Assembly (NCBI GenBank): GCA_902468695.1
Contig: CABQZS010000067.1
Span: 1 to 48,116 of the forward strand
Source of the DNA: an uncultured Collinsella sp.
Lineage (GTDB): Bacteria; Actinomycetota; Coriobacteriia; Coriobacteriales; Coriobacteriaceae
Reading direction: 5' to 3'
DNA length: 48,116 nucleotides
Shown piece by piece: positions 1 to 9,221 of the stretch. How positions within the stretch are numbered: the first letter of the stretch is position 1; the number at the start of each line of letters is the position of its first letter. The notes under the pieces are model-generated. The model searched no databases, was not told where the DNA came from, and saw only the letters and a list, made by a program, of their open reading frames with translations. The translations under genes and the position numbers were made by a program.

Positions 1-215
1 ACGGCTCCATCATCACCAAAAGCTTTGAGGACCTGGCCGCACTCCACGCGGCAAGCCCCGTGCCCATCGTGGTGGGCGGCGGCGTCAAGACGGCCGACTT
101 GCCGCAGCTCAAGGCCACCGGCGTCGATGGCTTCTTTGCTGTGAGCGCGGTCTGCAGCGCCGATGACCCCTACGCCGCCGCCAAGGAGCTCGTCGACACC
201 TGGCAGCAGGCATAG
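1..215 (+). CDS. thiE: Thiamine-phosphate synthase, C-terminal part (runs off the window start)
   Basis: Frame from nt 3 reads GSIITKSFEDLAALHAASPVPIVVGGGVKTADLPQLKATGVDGFFAVSAVCSADDPYAAAKELVDTWQQA*, matching the ThiE P-VxxGG...G.DG.AVSA...ADDP end. Confidence 0.75.
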   Translation, partial: GSIITKSFEDLAALHAASPVPIVVGGGVKTADLPQLKATGVDGFFAVSAVCSADDPYAAAKELVDTWQQA

Positions 216-259
216 GCTCAGGCCGAGCAACTGATTCGCGGCCTCATATCTTCAGCAAT

Positions 260-305
260 GGAAAGCGCATCCCGGTTCGAACGCCCATTCCGGGATGCGC
301 TTTCC
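260..305. terminator. Hairpin between convergent genes (likely bidirectional terminator)
   Basis: GGAAAGCGCATCCCGG ... CCGGGATGCGCTTTCC perfect 16-bp arms. Confidence 0.75.
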
Positions 306-316
306 GCATGCGACCC

Positions 317-1186
317 TTACCCCGCCAGATACGCTTCCAGCGCCGGCAAGGTCGCCTCCGCATCGCGGCGACCAATCTGGTAGATGCGCTCAAGTTCATC
401 GGGCTCGCGACACAGCGACGGCACCTTCACCGATTCGCTCGGCCGCACCACAAAGATCTCGCCGGCAGCCTCGCGACGTGCCAGGTCATCGAGCGTGGCA
501 TTGTAGACCTCATGCCGATGCTCAAGCGCTGCGACAAACTCCGGATAGTGACGGAACACGCGACGCAGCATGGGCATCACGCTGTTGGGCTGCTTCACAA
601 AGCCCGCCGGCTGCGTGAGCACCACGATATTGCGGTCATACCCCTGCGCAAACAGCCATGCACTGGGAATAGAATCGGCCACGCCGCCATCCAGGTACTT
701 GCGGCCCTCAATGGCGACGGGACGCGTCGCCACGGGAATTGCCGACGACGCCCGGATCCACTCGATATCGCGCTCATCGCCATAGGGCAGGTCGTGATAG
801 ACGGCCTTGCCCGTCTCGATATCGGTACACACGCACGTAAATCGCATGGGGCAGGCGCGATATGCTTCCAAGTCGATGGGATCACGCTCGATAGGCACCT
901 CGTGATAAGCAAAGTCGGCATTGAACATATCACCGGTTCGCAGCCAGCTGGTCACGCTCGCATAGCGCTTGTCGGCGCAATAGGCCTTGTTATAGCGAAT
1001 GGCGCGGCCAATCTGGCGCGATTTAAAGTTGTAGCCAAACGCCGCGCCCGCCGAGACACCCACCATATGGTCGCAAGTTAAGCCGTGCTCCATCCAAACG
1101 TCGAGCACGCCCGCCGTATACATACCGCGGTAGCCGCCTCCCTCGAGTGCCAGCCCCACCGTGCGCGTCGTATCCGGCTGTGCCAT
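317..1186 (-). CDS. Patatin-like phospholipase
   Basis: LEGGGYRG, GVSAG nucleophile elbow and DGG motifs. Confidence 0.92.
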   Translation of the reverse strand: MAQPDTTRTVGLALEGGGYRGMYTAGVLDVWMEHGLTCDHMVGVSAGAAFGYNFKSRQIGRAIRYNKAYCADKRYASVTSWLRTGDMFNADFAYHEVPIERDPIDLEAYRACPMRFTCVCTDIETGKAVYHDLPYGDERDIEWIRASSAIPVATRPVAIEGRKYLDGGVADSIPSAWLFAQGYDRNIVVLTQPAGFVKQPNSVMPMLRRVFRHYPEFVAALEHRHEVYNATLDDLARREAAGEIFVVRPSESVKVPSLCREPDELERIYQIGRRDAEATLPALEAYLAG

Positions 1187-1314
1187 GCGACCATCTCCGT
1201 CCCCACAAATTCAAACGGAACAAGTATACCCGTCAACATATACCGTCCCAGTCGCATTTTTATCGAACATCGCATCGTCGCGCTGCCGCTTGTCGAATAA
1301 TAGCCGCCCACAGT

Positions 1315-1611
1315 ATGCGCACCCATATCCCCGCACTCGAGGAAAGCGGCTTTGTGGTGACGCTCGACAAGTACATTTGGCAGATTGTGCCCGTCGACGG
1401 CGATCATGACCGCAGCACGCAGATCATTTCATCGATGCTCGAAATGGCGCAGTCGCTCCATCTGCCCGTCGTGGTCGAAGGCGTCGAGACAAATGAGCAG
1501 GCGAACATGCTACGGCAAATGGGCGCCCGCTACGCTCAGGGCTTCCTCTACTACCGCCCCATGCCGGTGAAGGATTTTGAGGCATTGCTCGATGGTGGCA
1601 ATAACAACTGA
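1315..1611 (+). pseudogene. Internally deleted EAL-domain (c-di-GMP phosphodiesterase) remnant
   Basis: Early EAL segment IPALEESGFVVTLDKYIW joined directly to C-terminal VVVEGVET..Q...L...G..YAQGFLYYRPMP; no EAL or DDFG motif; 98 aa. Confidence 0.7.
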
Positions 1612-1669
1612 TACGCTCGCGCGCAAAACGCCACCGTCGAAGGGGGCATTTGTCTCCATTAGCTAACTT

Positions 1670-1700
1670 ATATCCCCAATTCAAACCGAATTGGGGATAT
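1670..1700. promoter_or_regulatory. Perfect 13-bp inverted repeat upstream of the GGDEF gene (operator or terminator)
   Basis: ATATCCCCAATTC-aaacc-GAATTGGGGATAT. Confidence 0.5.
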
Positions 1701-1738
1701 GATACAAACCGTTGTTCCGCCCAAGGAGGTTATCCATC

Positions 1739-3268
1739 ATGAACGAGTCATATCGCCTGGGCGAGCAATCGATTATTGCCTATCTTCAGCGACTTGCGAA
1801 CGGCGTCTCGACCGCTGAACTCGATGTTGCCGCGCTGCCTGCTGAGCTACGCGCCGTTGGTGAGCAACTGCAAAAGACGCATGCCATCCTGCAACAAGAG
1901 CGCCAGCTGCTTGAGCGCAACGCCTATATCGATCCGCTCACCAACTTGGGCAACCGCAACGGATTCGACCGTCACGTCGAGCAACTCTGGCGCAAAGGCG
2001 ACCTCTTCACCTGCGCCTATATTGACATCGACCATCTCAAGCATTGCAACGATAGGTTTGGCCACGCCGAAGGCAATCGCTATATTCTGAGCATCTGCCG
2101 CACGCTCTCCGAAACCATGGAGCACGATGAGATGCTGTTCCGTATCGGTGGAGACGAGTTTGTGCTCATCTCGCCCTCCGCAAACGAGATTGAACTCGAG
2201 CAGCGCTTGGAGCAGGTGCGTACCAGGCTGGTCGAGGCAAGCTCAGGTGGCAAGGCGCCCATGATCGGTAGCTTTAGCTTTGGCTGCTCGCGCGTCGATC
2301 CACTTGCTGGCGACACGCGTCGCCAGATGACGATGGATGCCGATCGCAAGATGTATCGCTATAAGCTTATGCATCGTGTGCAGCAACCGAAAGACGATGA
2401 CGCGCCGCAACGCCCAATCATCGATCAGCTTCCCTGCAACGACCGGGTGTTCCAAGCGATCTCCATGAGCTCCGAGACGCGCTATCCGTTTATCCTCAAT
2501 CTCGATACGGGAGAATCGCAATGGTCGGTTAACGCCGTGCGCGATTTTGACCTGCCCTCCCAGCACCCTTTTAACTCACTCGACATGTGGCTCGCCCGCG
2601 TTCATCCCGAGGACCGCGACAACGTACGTGCCGAGCTCGACATGGTGATAAACGGCACGTGGCACTTCCACTACATGCAGTATCGCGTAATGGATGCCAC
2701 CGGAAAATACGTGCTTTGCGACTGCACGGGCTACCGCTTGGACGGCACCGATACCGAGCCCGGCATGTATGTGGGCATTATCATCAACCGAAGCTTGGCA
2801 GATACGACCGATTCCGTGACCGGCTTGGGCGATATTCACGCCCTGGTCAACGCCATTGGCGAAATGCGTCGCGTGGCGCGCAAGGCTGGTTTGATCGCCA
2901 TCAAAATCGACGATATCGCTCAGGTCAATGCCCGCTTTGGCTTTGATGCGGGCGACCGCGTTTTGGCAGAAAGCGCCGCCTGCCTCATGGAATGCTCGCG
3001 CGGCAAGGGTCGCCTGTTCCGCTCGACGGGGCCGACGTTCGCGGCGCTTTTCGACGACTTTGATCCCGAAGAGACCGACGCAATCGCAGAAGAAATCGAG
3101 CGGTTCCTGGGTTCTCCTGTGCTCATCGGCTCGCTTGAATATCAGCCACCCATTCGTGTGGCGACACTTCATCTGGACGCTGTCGATCGACAGCCCGTTT
3201 CCATTTTGAACGAGCTCAAAGCGCGGCTTAAAGAGGCGCCGCAAGTACCGGGCACCAAGCTGGACTAG
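1739..3268 (+). CDS. Diguanylate cyclase: GGDEF - PAS - degenerate GGDEF
   Basis: AGGAGG RBS before ATG 1739; DPLTNLGNR, FRIGGDEF; PAS motif VHPEDR; second domain DSVTGL...GDRVL...FRSTGPTF lacks the GGDEF signature. Confidence 0.88.
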   Translation: MNESYRLGEQSIIAYLQRLANGVSTAELDVAALPAELRAVGEQLQKTHAILQQERQLLERNAYIDPLTNLGNRNGFDRHVEQLWRKGDLFTCAYIDIDHLKHCNDRFGHAEGNRYILSICRTLSETMEHDEMLFRIGGDEFVLISPSANEIELEQRLEQVRTRLVEASSGGKAPMIGSFSFGCSRVDPLAGDTRRQMTMDADRKMYRYKLMHRVQQPKDDDAPQRPIIDQLPCNDRVFQAISMSSETRYPFILNLDTGESQWSVNAVRDFDLPSQHPFNSLDMWLARVHPEDRDNVRAELDMVINGTWHFHYMQYRVMDATGKYVLCDCTGYRLDGTDTEPGMYVGIIINRSLADTTDSVTGLGDIHALVNAIGEMRRVARKAGLIAIKIDDIAQVNARFGFDAGDRVLAESAACLMECSRGKGRLFRSTGPTFAALFDDFDPEETDAIAEEIERFLGSPVLIGSLEYQPPIRVATLHLDAVDRQPVSILNELKARLKEAPQVPGTKLD

Positions 3269-3272
3269 CGTT

Positions 3273-3317
3273 GTGGGGCGCGCTGTGAAACACGAGCCGT
3301 TTCACATCGCGCCCCAC
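3273..3317 (+). terminator. Stem-loop after the GGDEF gene
   Basis: GTGGGGCGCGCTGTGAAAC ... GTTTCACATCGCGCCCCAC. Confidence 0.6.
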
Positions 3318-3376
3318 GCCATCTACCCTCTCGTGCGATAATCCTCCGCAGAAGTCACCGACAGCAGAGGGAGTTT

Positions 3377-4003
3377 GTGATGAAGGTTCTTTTGGTCAAT
3401 GGCAGTCCCAAGGCAAGCGGCAACACCGCCCGCGCACTCGCTGAGGTCGCCGAGCAGCTCAATACCGAAGGCATTGATACCGAGGTGTTTCAGCTGGGCG
3501 CCAAGCCCATTCGCGACTGCATCGGCTGCGGTCAGTGCGGCAAACTTGGCGGTCGCTGTACCTTTGACGACGACGTGGTGAACGAGCTGATCGCTGCCGC
3601 TGAACAGGCCGACGGTTTTGTCTTTGGCTCGCCCGTCTACTACGCGCACCCCAGCGGCCGCATCCTTTCGGCCCTCGATCGCGCCTTCTATGCAGGCGGG
3701 CATGCCTTTGAGCACAAACCCGGCGCCGCAGTCGCCGTCGCCCGTCGCGGCGGCACGTCGACCACCTTCGATGTGCTCAACAAGTACTTCACCATTAACC
3801 AGATGCCCGTGGTCGCCTCCACGTACTGGAACAACGTGTTTGGCCGCGTGCCCGGCGACGCCGATGGGGACGCCGAGGGCCTTGCCACCATGCGAAACAT
3901 CGGCAAGAACATGGCCTGGCTCCTGCGCTGCATCGAGGCAGGTCAGGCCGCCGGTATCAACGCGCCCGAAGCCGATCGCGCAACGACCAACTTCATTCGA
4001 TAG
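3377..4003 (+). CDS. Flavodoxin-family / iron-sulfur flavoprotein (NADPH-dependent FMN reductase-like)
   Basis: NGSPK..GNT, CIGCGQC...C cluster motif, FGSPVYY. Confidence 0.9.
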   Translation: MMKVLLVNGSPKASGNTARALAEVAEQLNTEGIDTEVFQLGAKPIRDCIGCGQCGKLGGRCTFDDDVVNELIAAAEQADGFVFGSPVYYAHPSGRILSALDRAFYAGGHAFEHKPGAAVAVARRGGTSTTFDVLNKYFTINQMPVVASTYWNNVFGRVPGDADGDAEGLATMRNIGKNMAWLLRCIEAGQAAGINAPEADRATTNFIR

Positions 4004-4015
4004 AGCGGCGGGGCC

Positions 4016-4357
4016 ATGACTATTCAAATCTTCGGGACTAAGAAGTCGTTCGACACCAAGAAAGCGCAGCGTTTCTTCAAAGAACGCCGCATTAAGGTGC
4101 AGTTTATTGACCTTAAGGAAAAGGAGATGAGCAAAGGCGAGCTCACGAGCGTGATGCAGGCGGTCGGCGGCATCGACAAGCTGCTCAACCCCAAGGCTAA
4201 GGACGAGGAGACGCTCGCGCTCATCCAGCACCTCACCCCTAGCCAGCGCTTCGATAAACTGCTCGAGAATCAGCAGGTTCTAGCCGAGCCCATCGTGCGC
4301 AACGGCAAAAAGGCCACCGTCGGTTATTGCCCCGATGTATGGGGAGCCTGGGAGTAG
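4016..4357 (+). CDS. ArsC/Spx-like family protein
   Basis: IQIFGTKKSFDTKKAQRFFKE...PIVRNGKKATVGY; 12 nt after the upstream stop. Confidence 0.85.
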   Translation: MTIQIFGTKKSFDTKKAQRFFKERRIKVQFIDLKEKEMSKGELTSVMQAVGGIDKLLNPKAKDEETLALIQHLTPSQRFDKLLENQQVLAEPIVRNGKKATVGYCPDVWGAWE

Positions 4358-4443
4358 CCTGTGTTATTTGCCGGCGCGTGGGTATAAGAGCAGGCGTTTG
4401 GCATATGATTCAACTGTAAGCCATGTCTAACAAAGGAGGGCAC

Positions 4444-5574
4444 ATGCCCAACAAACCCGTGAAGATCATCATGCTTACCGGATACCTCGGTGCCGGCAAG
4501 ACCACGCTGCTCAACCACATCCTCGCTAACGACGGCGGCATCCGCGCCGCCGTGATCGTCAACGATATCGGCGAGATCAATGTCGACGCTAGCCTTATCG
4601 CCGACGGCGGCCTGTCCGAGACCGACGACCTCATCCCGCTCACCAACGGCTGCATCTGCTGCACGCTTTCGGATGACCTGGCCAACCAGCTGCAGGGCAT
4701 CGCCGATTCGGGCGACTTCGATTACATCATCATCGAGGCCTCGGGCATTTGCGAGCCTATCCCCATCGCCTACACCATCTCGAGCTTCTGCGACGAGGCC
4801 AAGGTGGGCGGCGAGCCTAAGCTTGCGCTCGACAACATCGTGGCCGTGGTCGACTGCGCCCGCATGTACGACGAGTTCAACGGCGGTCGCGACCTGCTGG
4901 CCGAGGATATCGACGAGGACGACATCGAAAGCCTGCTCATCCAGCAGATCGAGTTCTGCTCCACGCTGATCCTCAACAAGACCGATACCGTGAGTCCTGA
5001 GCAGATCGCCGAGCTCAAGGCCATCGTGCGCAGCTTGCAGAAGGACGCCGTGATCGTCGAGGCCCAAAACGGCGAGGTCCCCATGGAGGAGCTGCTCGAT
5101 ACCGACCGCTTCGACTTTATGCGCGCCTACAACTCCGCCGCCTGGATCGAGGCCATGGAGCATCCCGAGGAGCACGACGACCCCGAGGTGCTCGAGTACG
5201 ACATCGAGACCTTTGTGTACTCGCGCCGCAAGCCGTTTGACCTGCAGAAGTTCACCGATTTTGTTGAGCAGGAGTGGCCCGACGAGGTCATCCGCGTCAA
5301 GGGTCCGCTGTGGCAGACCGGCGATCCGGACATGTGCTACATGTTCGAGCAGGCCGGCCACCAGATGCGCCTGATGGAGAACGGTCTGTTCGTTGACTCC
5401 GCGCCCGAGGGCGAGAAGCAGAAGATCATCGACGAGAACCCCGAGATCATGCAGATTTGGAACGACGAGACGGGCGACCGCATGACGAGCCTGTGCATCA
5501 TCGGCCGTCACATGGACAAGGATGCGCTCATCGCCTCCCTCGATGCCTGCCTGACCGACTGGCACCGCGCCTAG
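4444..5574 (+). CDS. CobW/COG0523 metallochaperone GTPase
   Basis: TGYLGAGKTT, GCICC, IEASG, NKTD, C-terminal RVKG; AAGGAGG RBS before ATG 4444. Confidence 0.93.
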   Translation: MPNKPVKIIMLTGYLGAGKTTLLNHILANDGGIRAAVIVNDIGEINVDASLIADGGLSETDDLIPLTNGCICCTLSDDLANQLQGIADSGDFDYIIIEASGICEPIPIAYTISSFCDEAKVGGEPKLALDNIVAVVDCARMYDEFNGGRDLLAEDIDEDDIESLLIQQIEFCSTLILNKTDTVSPEQIAELKAIVRSLQKDAVIVEAQNGEVPMEELLDTDRFDFMRAYNSAAWIEAMEHPEEHDDPEVLEYDIETFVYSRRKPFDLQKFTDFVEQEWPDEVIRVKGPLWQTGDPDMCYMFEQAGHQMRLMENGLFVDSAPEGEKQKIIDENPEIMQIWNDETGDRMTSLCIIGRHMDKDALIASLDACLTDWHRA

Positions 5575-5613
5575 GTTTATCCAAGCGGGCATTTTTCCGC
5601 CCACGTAACCGCC

Positions 5614-5648
5614 AAACCACCACGAAGGTGCCCTTCGTGGTGGTTTTT
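5614..5648 (+). terminator. Intrinsic terminator
   Basis: AAACCACCACGAAGG-tgc-CCTTCGTGGTGGTTTTT. Confidence 0.85.
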
Positions 5649-5669
5649 CGTTCTGAGCCAAGGAGATTC

Positions 5670-6269
5670 ATGTTCAACATTGTGCTGTATGCGCCCGAGA
5701 TTCCGGCCAATACGGGCAATATCGGCCGTACCTGCGTGGTCACCGGCGCCCATCTGCATCTGGTGGAGCCACTGGGCTTTTCACTCGACGACAAAACGGT
5801 ACGTCGCGCCGGTCTGGGCTACTGGCAAAACTTGGACGTGACAACCTATGCCAGCTGGAAGGATTTCCTTGCGCGCAACGGCCTCTCCCCTACCGACGAG
5901 CGTCTGCATCTGCTGACCAAAAAGGCGCGCAGAACCTATGCGCAAAGCACCTACCGCGACGGTGACTATTTGGTCTTTGGCAGCGAGAGCTCGGGTATTC
6001 CCGAGCCGCTGCTTGCCGCGGCGCCCGAGCGTTGCGAGCGCATCCCGATGCTGCGCGATTGCGACTCACTCGATAACGCCGAGGCTTGGGAAGCCCACGA
6101 GGAATCGCTGGGGCATACCGAGGACAGCCACGAAGCCATCCTTCAACAGGATATCTGCGGCAACTTCGTCAATCCCGACGACTACCGCATCAGCGCCCTC
6201 AACCTCTCCAACAGCGCCGCCATCGTCCTCTACGAAGCTCTGCGCCAAACAGGCTTTCCGGGAATGTGA
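5670..6269 (+). CDS. trmL: tRNA (cytidine/uridine-34-2'-O)-methyltransferase, SPOUT family
   Basis: PEIPANTGNIGRTC, RRAGLGYW, FGSESSG, IPM...ALNLSNSAAIVLYEA; AAGGAG RBS. Confidence 0.9.
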   Translation: MFNIVLYAPEIPANTGNIGRTCVVTGAHLHLVEPLGFSLDDKTVRRAGLGYWQNLDVTTYASWKDFLARNGLSPTDERLHLLTKKARRTYAQSTYRDGDYLVFGSESSGIPEPLLAAAPERCERIPMLRDCDSLDNAEAWEAHEESLGHTEDSHEAILQQDICGNFVNPDDYRISALNLSNSAAIVLYEALRQTGFPGM

Positions 6270-6294
6270 CAAAGGGACTGTCTCGTTGTCATAT
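6264..6294. repeat. REP-like palindrome, family A copy 1 (overlaps the trmL stop)
   Basis: ATGTGACAAAGGGACTGTCTCGTTGTCATAT, similar to copies at 10327, 14055, 18875 and 44443. Confidence 0.75.
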
Positions 6295-6334
6295 CGGACA
6301 ATTGTCACATTGACACCCTTCAAACGAGATCAGA

Positions 6335-6376
6335 GATGCCCGCTATTGCAACGTAAGGCATCGCGATAGCGGGCAT
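6335..6376. terminator. Stem-loop between convergent trmL and the DUF4230-like gene
   Basis: ATGCCCGCTATTGC ... GCGATAGCGGGCAT. Confidence 0.6.
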
Positions 6377-6412
6377 TCAACTGAATCAGTAATTTGATTT
6401 CAAAGGTAGATA

Positions 6413-7060
6413 TTAATCTTCGAATTCGACATTGACCCTTACGTCTGGACCACAGAACGTCGACACCTGCTTTTTCACCAGTTTTACTGCACGTTCATCA
6501 GATTTTTCCAGCATGCCACTTTCTTGAACCTTTTGCCTCTGGTCCTTATCAGCCTGCTGAAGCAATTTATTTAAATCGTCCGTACTGACCTGATTCCAAT
6601 TAAGAAAACCATTGTCCTCAACGTATTTTTTAAGCGAGTTCGGATCCGTTGACAACGTCACGATCTCGGAATGCGGAAGCGTAACATTAACAGATTTTAT
6701 TACCGACTCGTTGTTTTTCGAACGATGGACTTTGACCTTCAGGTTCTCATCGTCTACGTTCAAGCCGATATCCGCCTTACCATCGATGGTCGCTACATAT
6801 CGCTTAGTAGTAAATGGGTTGTTAAAACCAAACGGATTCCCCGCATCGTCAATATATAGAACCTGAGTAAAATCGTATTCGTAGGTAAGCAACTTCGTTA
6901 CCGGCTTAATTTCTTCCCGAATCGAATCATCGCTTATAACGGTCTGATCGCGCGTCAACCACAGGTACACGCAGCCGCCGCAAGCTGCAATCAAGCCTAA
7001 CGCCAATAGGGCGACAATTATCTTCTGGCCAATTGTTTTAAACGGATTGGAAACGCTCAT
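6413..7060 (-). CDS. Membrane-anchored DUF4230-like protein
   Basis: N-terminal TM helix; L.T.EY.FT...G...IGLN...VTLPHSEI pattern; AT-richer codons. Confidence 0.65.
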   Translation of the reverse strand: MSVSNPFKTIGQKIIVALLALGLIAACGGCVYLWLTRDQTVISDDSIREEIKPVTKLLTYEYDFTQVLYIDDAGNPFGFNNPFTTKRYVATIDGKADIGLNVDDENLKVKVHRSKNNESVIKSVNVTLPHSEIVTLSTDPNSLKKYVEDNGFLNWNQVSTDDLNKLLQQADKDQRQKVQESGMLEKSDERAVKLVKKQVSTFCGPDVRVNVEFED

Positions 7061-7308
7061 TTAGCCCTTGTCCTCCAGTTGTCCTCAGGGTAATTACGGA
7101 CTCAATTCATTTATATTGGGTTTTGATGTCAACCAATTCAGAAAGGAAGGACTTAAATCCAACATAATATAAATACATATTCATACGTTAATTTAATACC
7201 TATTCTGCTGCACGTAACTTTAGAAAGATTGGGGCACAGACCATAGGCCGGCACCCCAATCCATACATAGGCATCATAACGCGTTGATCATTCAATCATA
7301 TGCGCACG

Positions 7309-8193
7309 TTAATCAACTGAAACGCTGACGTCCATCCGCTGATCTCGATCGCTATATCCGATCATCAGTTCCCGTCCCTTTTTATCCTTTGCGCAAAAAC
7401 TGCTGTCATACGAATATTCGATGTCCTTGTATCCCTTTTTCTTGCAAGCTTTGATGTATTTGTCGTACCCATCATGATCGATGCCAAATGCGACAAACGA
7501 AAGGCAGTCTTTTTCGTCTAACGACGTATAAACGATAGGGCAGTCAGGCTTCGGCAAGGATTTTGCAAGGGCTTTTGTTGGCCAGTCATACGCCTTGACA
7601 CCGCCCTTTGATGAAGTCGTATAGGTTTTCGACTTGAAACTATAGTACTCGAGATATATCTTTCCATCGCCGCCTAGATAGGCAATAGTCGCCACTGAAG
7701 GCTCCATCAGGTCATATTGATTCTGCTGGGCATTGGCGACATAGTCACCATGGGTAATGCACGGAACGCTATCAACCGATTCTCGCTTCTCGACGATTCG
7801 CTGGCTATCCGCCGTTATTTTTAGCGTTGAATAATCGTGCGCAGCCTCTTCCTCATCAAAAACGTCAGTAAACAGAAGTTTCTGTTCGTCAGTCAACTCC
7901 CCTTTCGGCTCAAACTGAATAGTGAACTGAGCAATATCGAAGCTCGATTTATTGTCATATTCAAATGTCATCATCTCGACGCCATCAACAACGCCTTCTG
8001 AGACACTCCAGTTTAGTTGATCGATTTTTACTGAATCCTTCTTACCTGGCTTTGGCTTCTTTCCACTTTTCTTAGTCGCTGCGAATGCGCATGTCGGACT
8101 CCAGCCGCGACCCGTAATTCCGAGTGGTAGAGAAATGCCGATTAGCGCCGCCGCGATAAAAGCCAGAACTGCCGTAAATAACTTTTTCTTCAT
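7309..8193 (-). CDS. Exported hypothetical protein (signal peptide; C-terminal LPKP...Y..ACK.KGY domain)
   Basis: MKKK plus hydrophobic signal sequence; 294-aa ORF in the AT-richer patch. Confidence 0.7.
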   Translation of the reverse strand: MKKKLFTAVLAFIAAALIGISLPLGITGRGWSPTCAFAATKKSGKKPKPGKKDSVKIDQLNWSVSEGVVDGVEMMTFEYDNKSSFDIAQFTIQFEPKGELTDEQKLLFTDVFDEEEAAHDYSTLKITADSQRIVEKRESVDSVPCITHGDYVANAQQNQYDLMEPSVATIAYLGGDGKIYLEYYSFKSKTYTTSSKGGVKAYDWPTKALAKSLPKPDCPIVYTSLDEKDCLSFVAFGIDHDGYDKYIKACKKKGYKDIEYSYDSSFCAKDKKGRELMIGYSDRDQRMDVSVSVD

Positions 8194-8348
8194 TACATAT
8201 CCCTTGGTAGTCGTTTAACCTCCCCCTCGTCAAATAGCAGACGAATTGGCGACGCAGTGGCACTATTTGATTCAAGGGCGTGAACTGGATAAACATCGAG
8301 GGAAGGAGTGGGCCCTGTGCAATAAACTCCCCTCGTCAAAATGTCTAG

Positions 8349-8984
8349 CTAAAGAGGACGGGCAGACGGCGAACGGTCATATCCGTTCGCGTCCGCCCGT
8401 CTCCAACGATCAAACGTCGATGCGCTGACGTTCAAAAGCATTGCGGCCTCTCGCCTCGTAACCTCACCTCCTTCGAATGATTTGATGACATCGCGGTAGC
8501 TATCCGGACGTTCGAGCGTCGGTCTCCCAAATCTCACACCCCGCAGACGCGCCGACGCGATACCCTCCGCCTGGCGCTGCTTTATGTTTTCGCGCTCCAC
8601 CTGAGCCACATAGCTCAAAACCTGAAGCACTAGGTCGGCAATAAAAGTCCCCGTAATTCCATTGGGTTGTTCGCGTGTGTCAAGCAATGGCATATCGAGC
8701 ACCACGATGGCAACGCGTTTGTCCGTCGTTAGGCGACGCCATTCATCGAGAACTTCACGGTAGTCGCGACCCAATCGATCGATACTCGTAATCACCAGAA
8801 CGTCCCCCTCGCGCAGACGACGAAGAAGACGCCGGTACTGAGGACGCCTGGAGTCCTTTCCACTCGCTTTGTCAGCATAGATCAAATTCGTTTGGACCGG
8901 AAACCGCTCCAGCGCATCCAGTTGTCGATCCAGGTTCTGATCTGCTGACGAAACTCGAGCATACCCATAGATTCTGTTTTTCAT
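8349..8984 (-). CDS. Small serine recombinase (resolvase/invertase) with C-terminal HTH
   Basis: YGYARVSS catalytic Ser, DRLGR, ERENIKQRQAEGI...G.RFGRP, C-terminal HTH. Confidence 0.93.
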   Translation of the reverse strand: MKNRIYGYARVSSADQNLDRQLDALERFPVQTNLIYADKASGKDSRRPQYRRLLRRLREGDVLVITSIDRLGRDYREVLDEWRRLTTDKRVAIVVLDMPLLDTREQPNGITGTFIADLVLQVLSYVAQVERENIKQRQAEGIASARLRGVRFGRPTLERPDSYRDVIKSFEGGEVTRREAAMLLNVSASTFDRWRRADANGYDRSPSARPL

Positions 8985-9145
8985 GATTGCCCCTATCAGC
9001 CGCACGATGGCAGCTTCAGCTCATCTGAGAGCCCACTCACAATAGGGCGTGCAAATTTCGCGAATGGGTTGAACCCATTTTCGAGCCCCAACGTAAGCTA
9101 TTCAAGCACCGCTTCGATAACGCACGACGCCAACCTTATGCTTTG

Positions 9146-9197
9146 AAATGAAATTAATCGTTTTTAATTGAGATTAACTAGAATAAAATGAAATTAA
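9146..9197 (+). repeat. Three 12-bp direct repeats at exact 20-bp period upstream of the AAA ATPase
   Basis: AAATGAAATTAA (9146), AATTGAGATTAA (9166), AAATGAAATTAA (9186). Confidence 0.8.
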
Positions 9198-9221
9198 CCC
9201 GAGACGCTAAAGGAGGGCATT

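Larger units (their letters stand above)
6300..9200. mobile_element. AT-richer accessory patch carrying a resolvase (boundaries approximate)
   Basis: Visible drop in GC relative to the flanks, recombinase gene, REP-like copy at the left edge. Confidence 0.5.

Noticed and set aside
4358..4443. Zur box or cobalamin riboswitch ahead of cobW
   Set aside because: The gap is too short for a cobalamin riboswitch and no convincing palindrome is visible.
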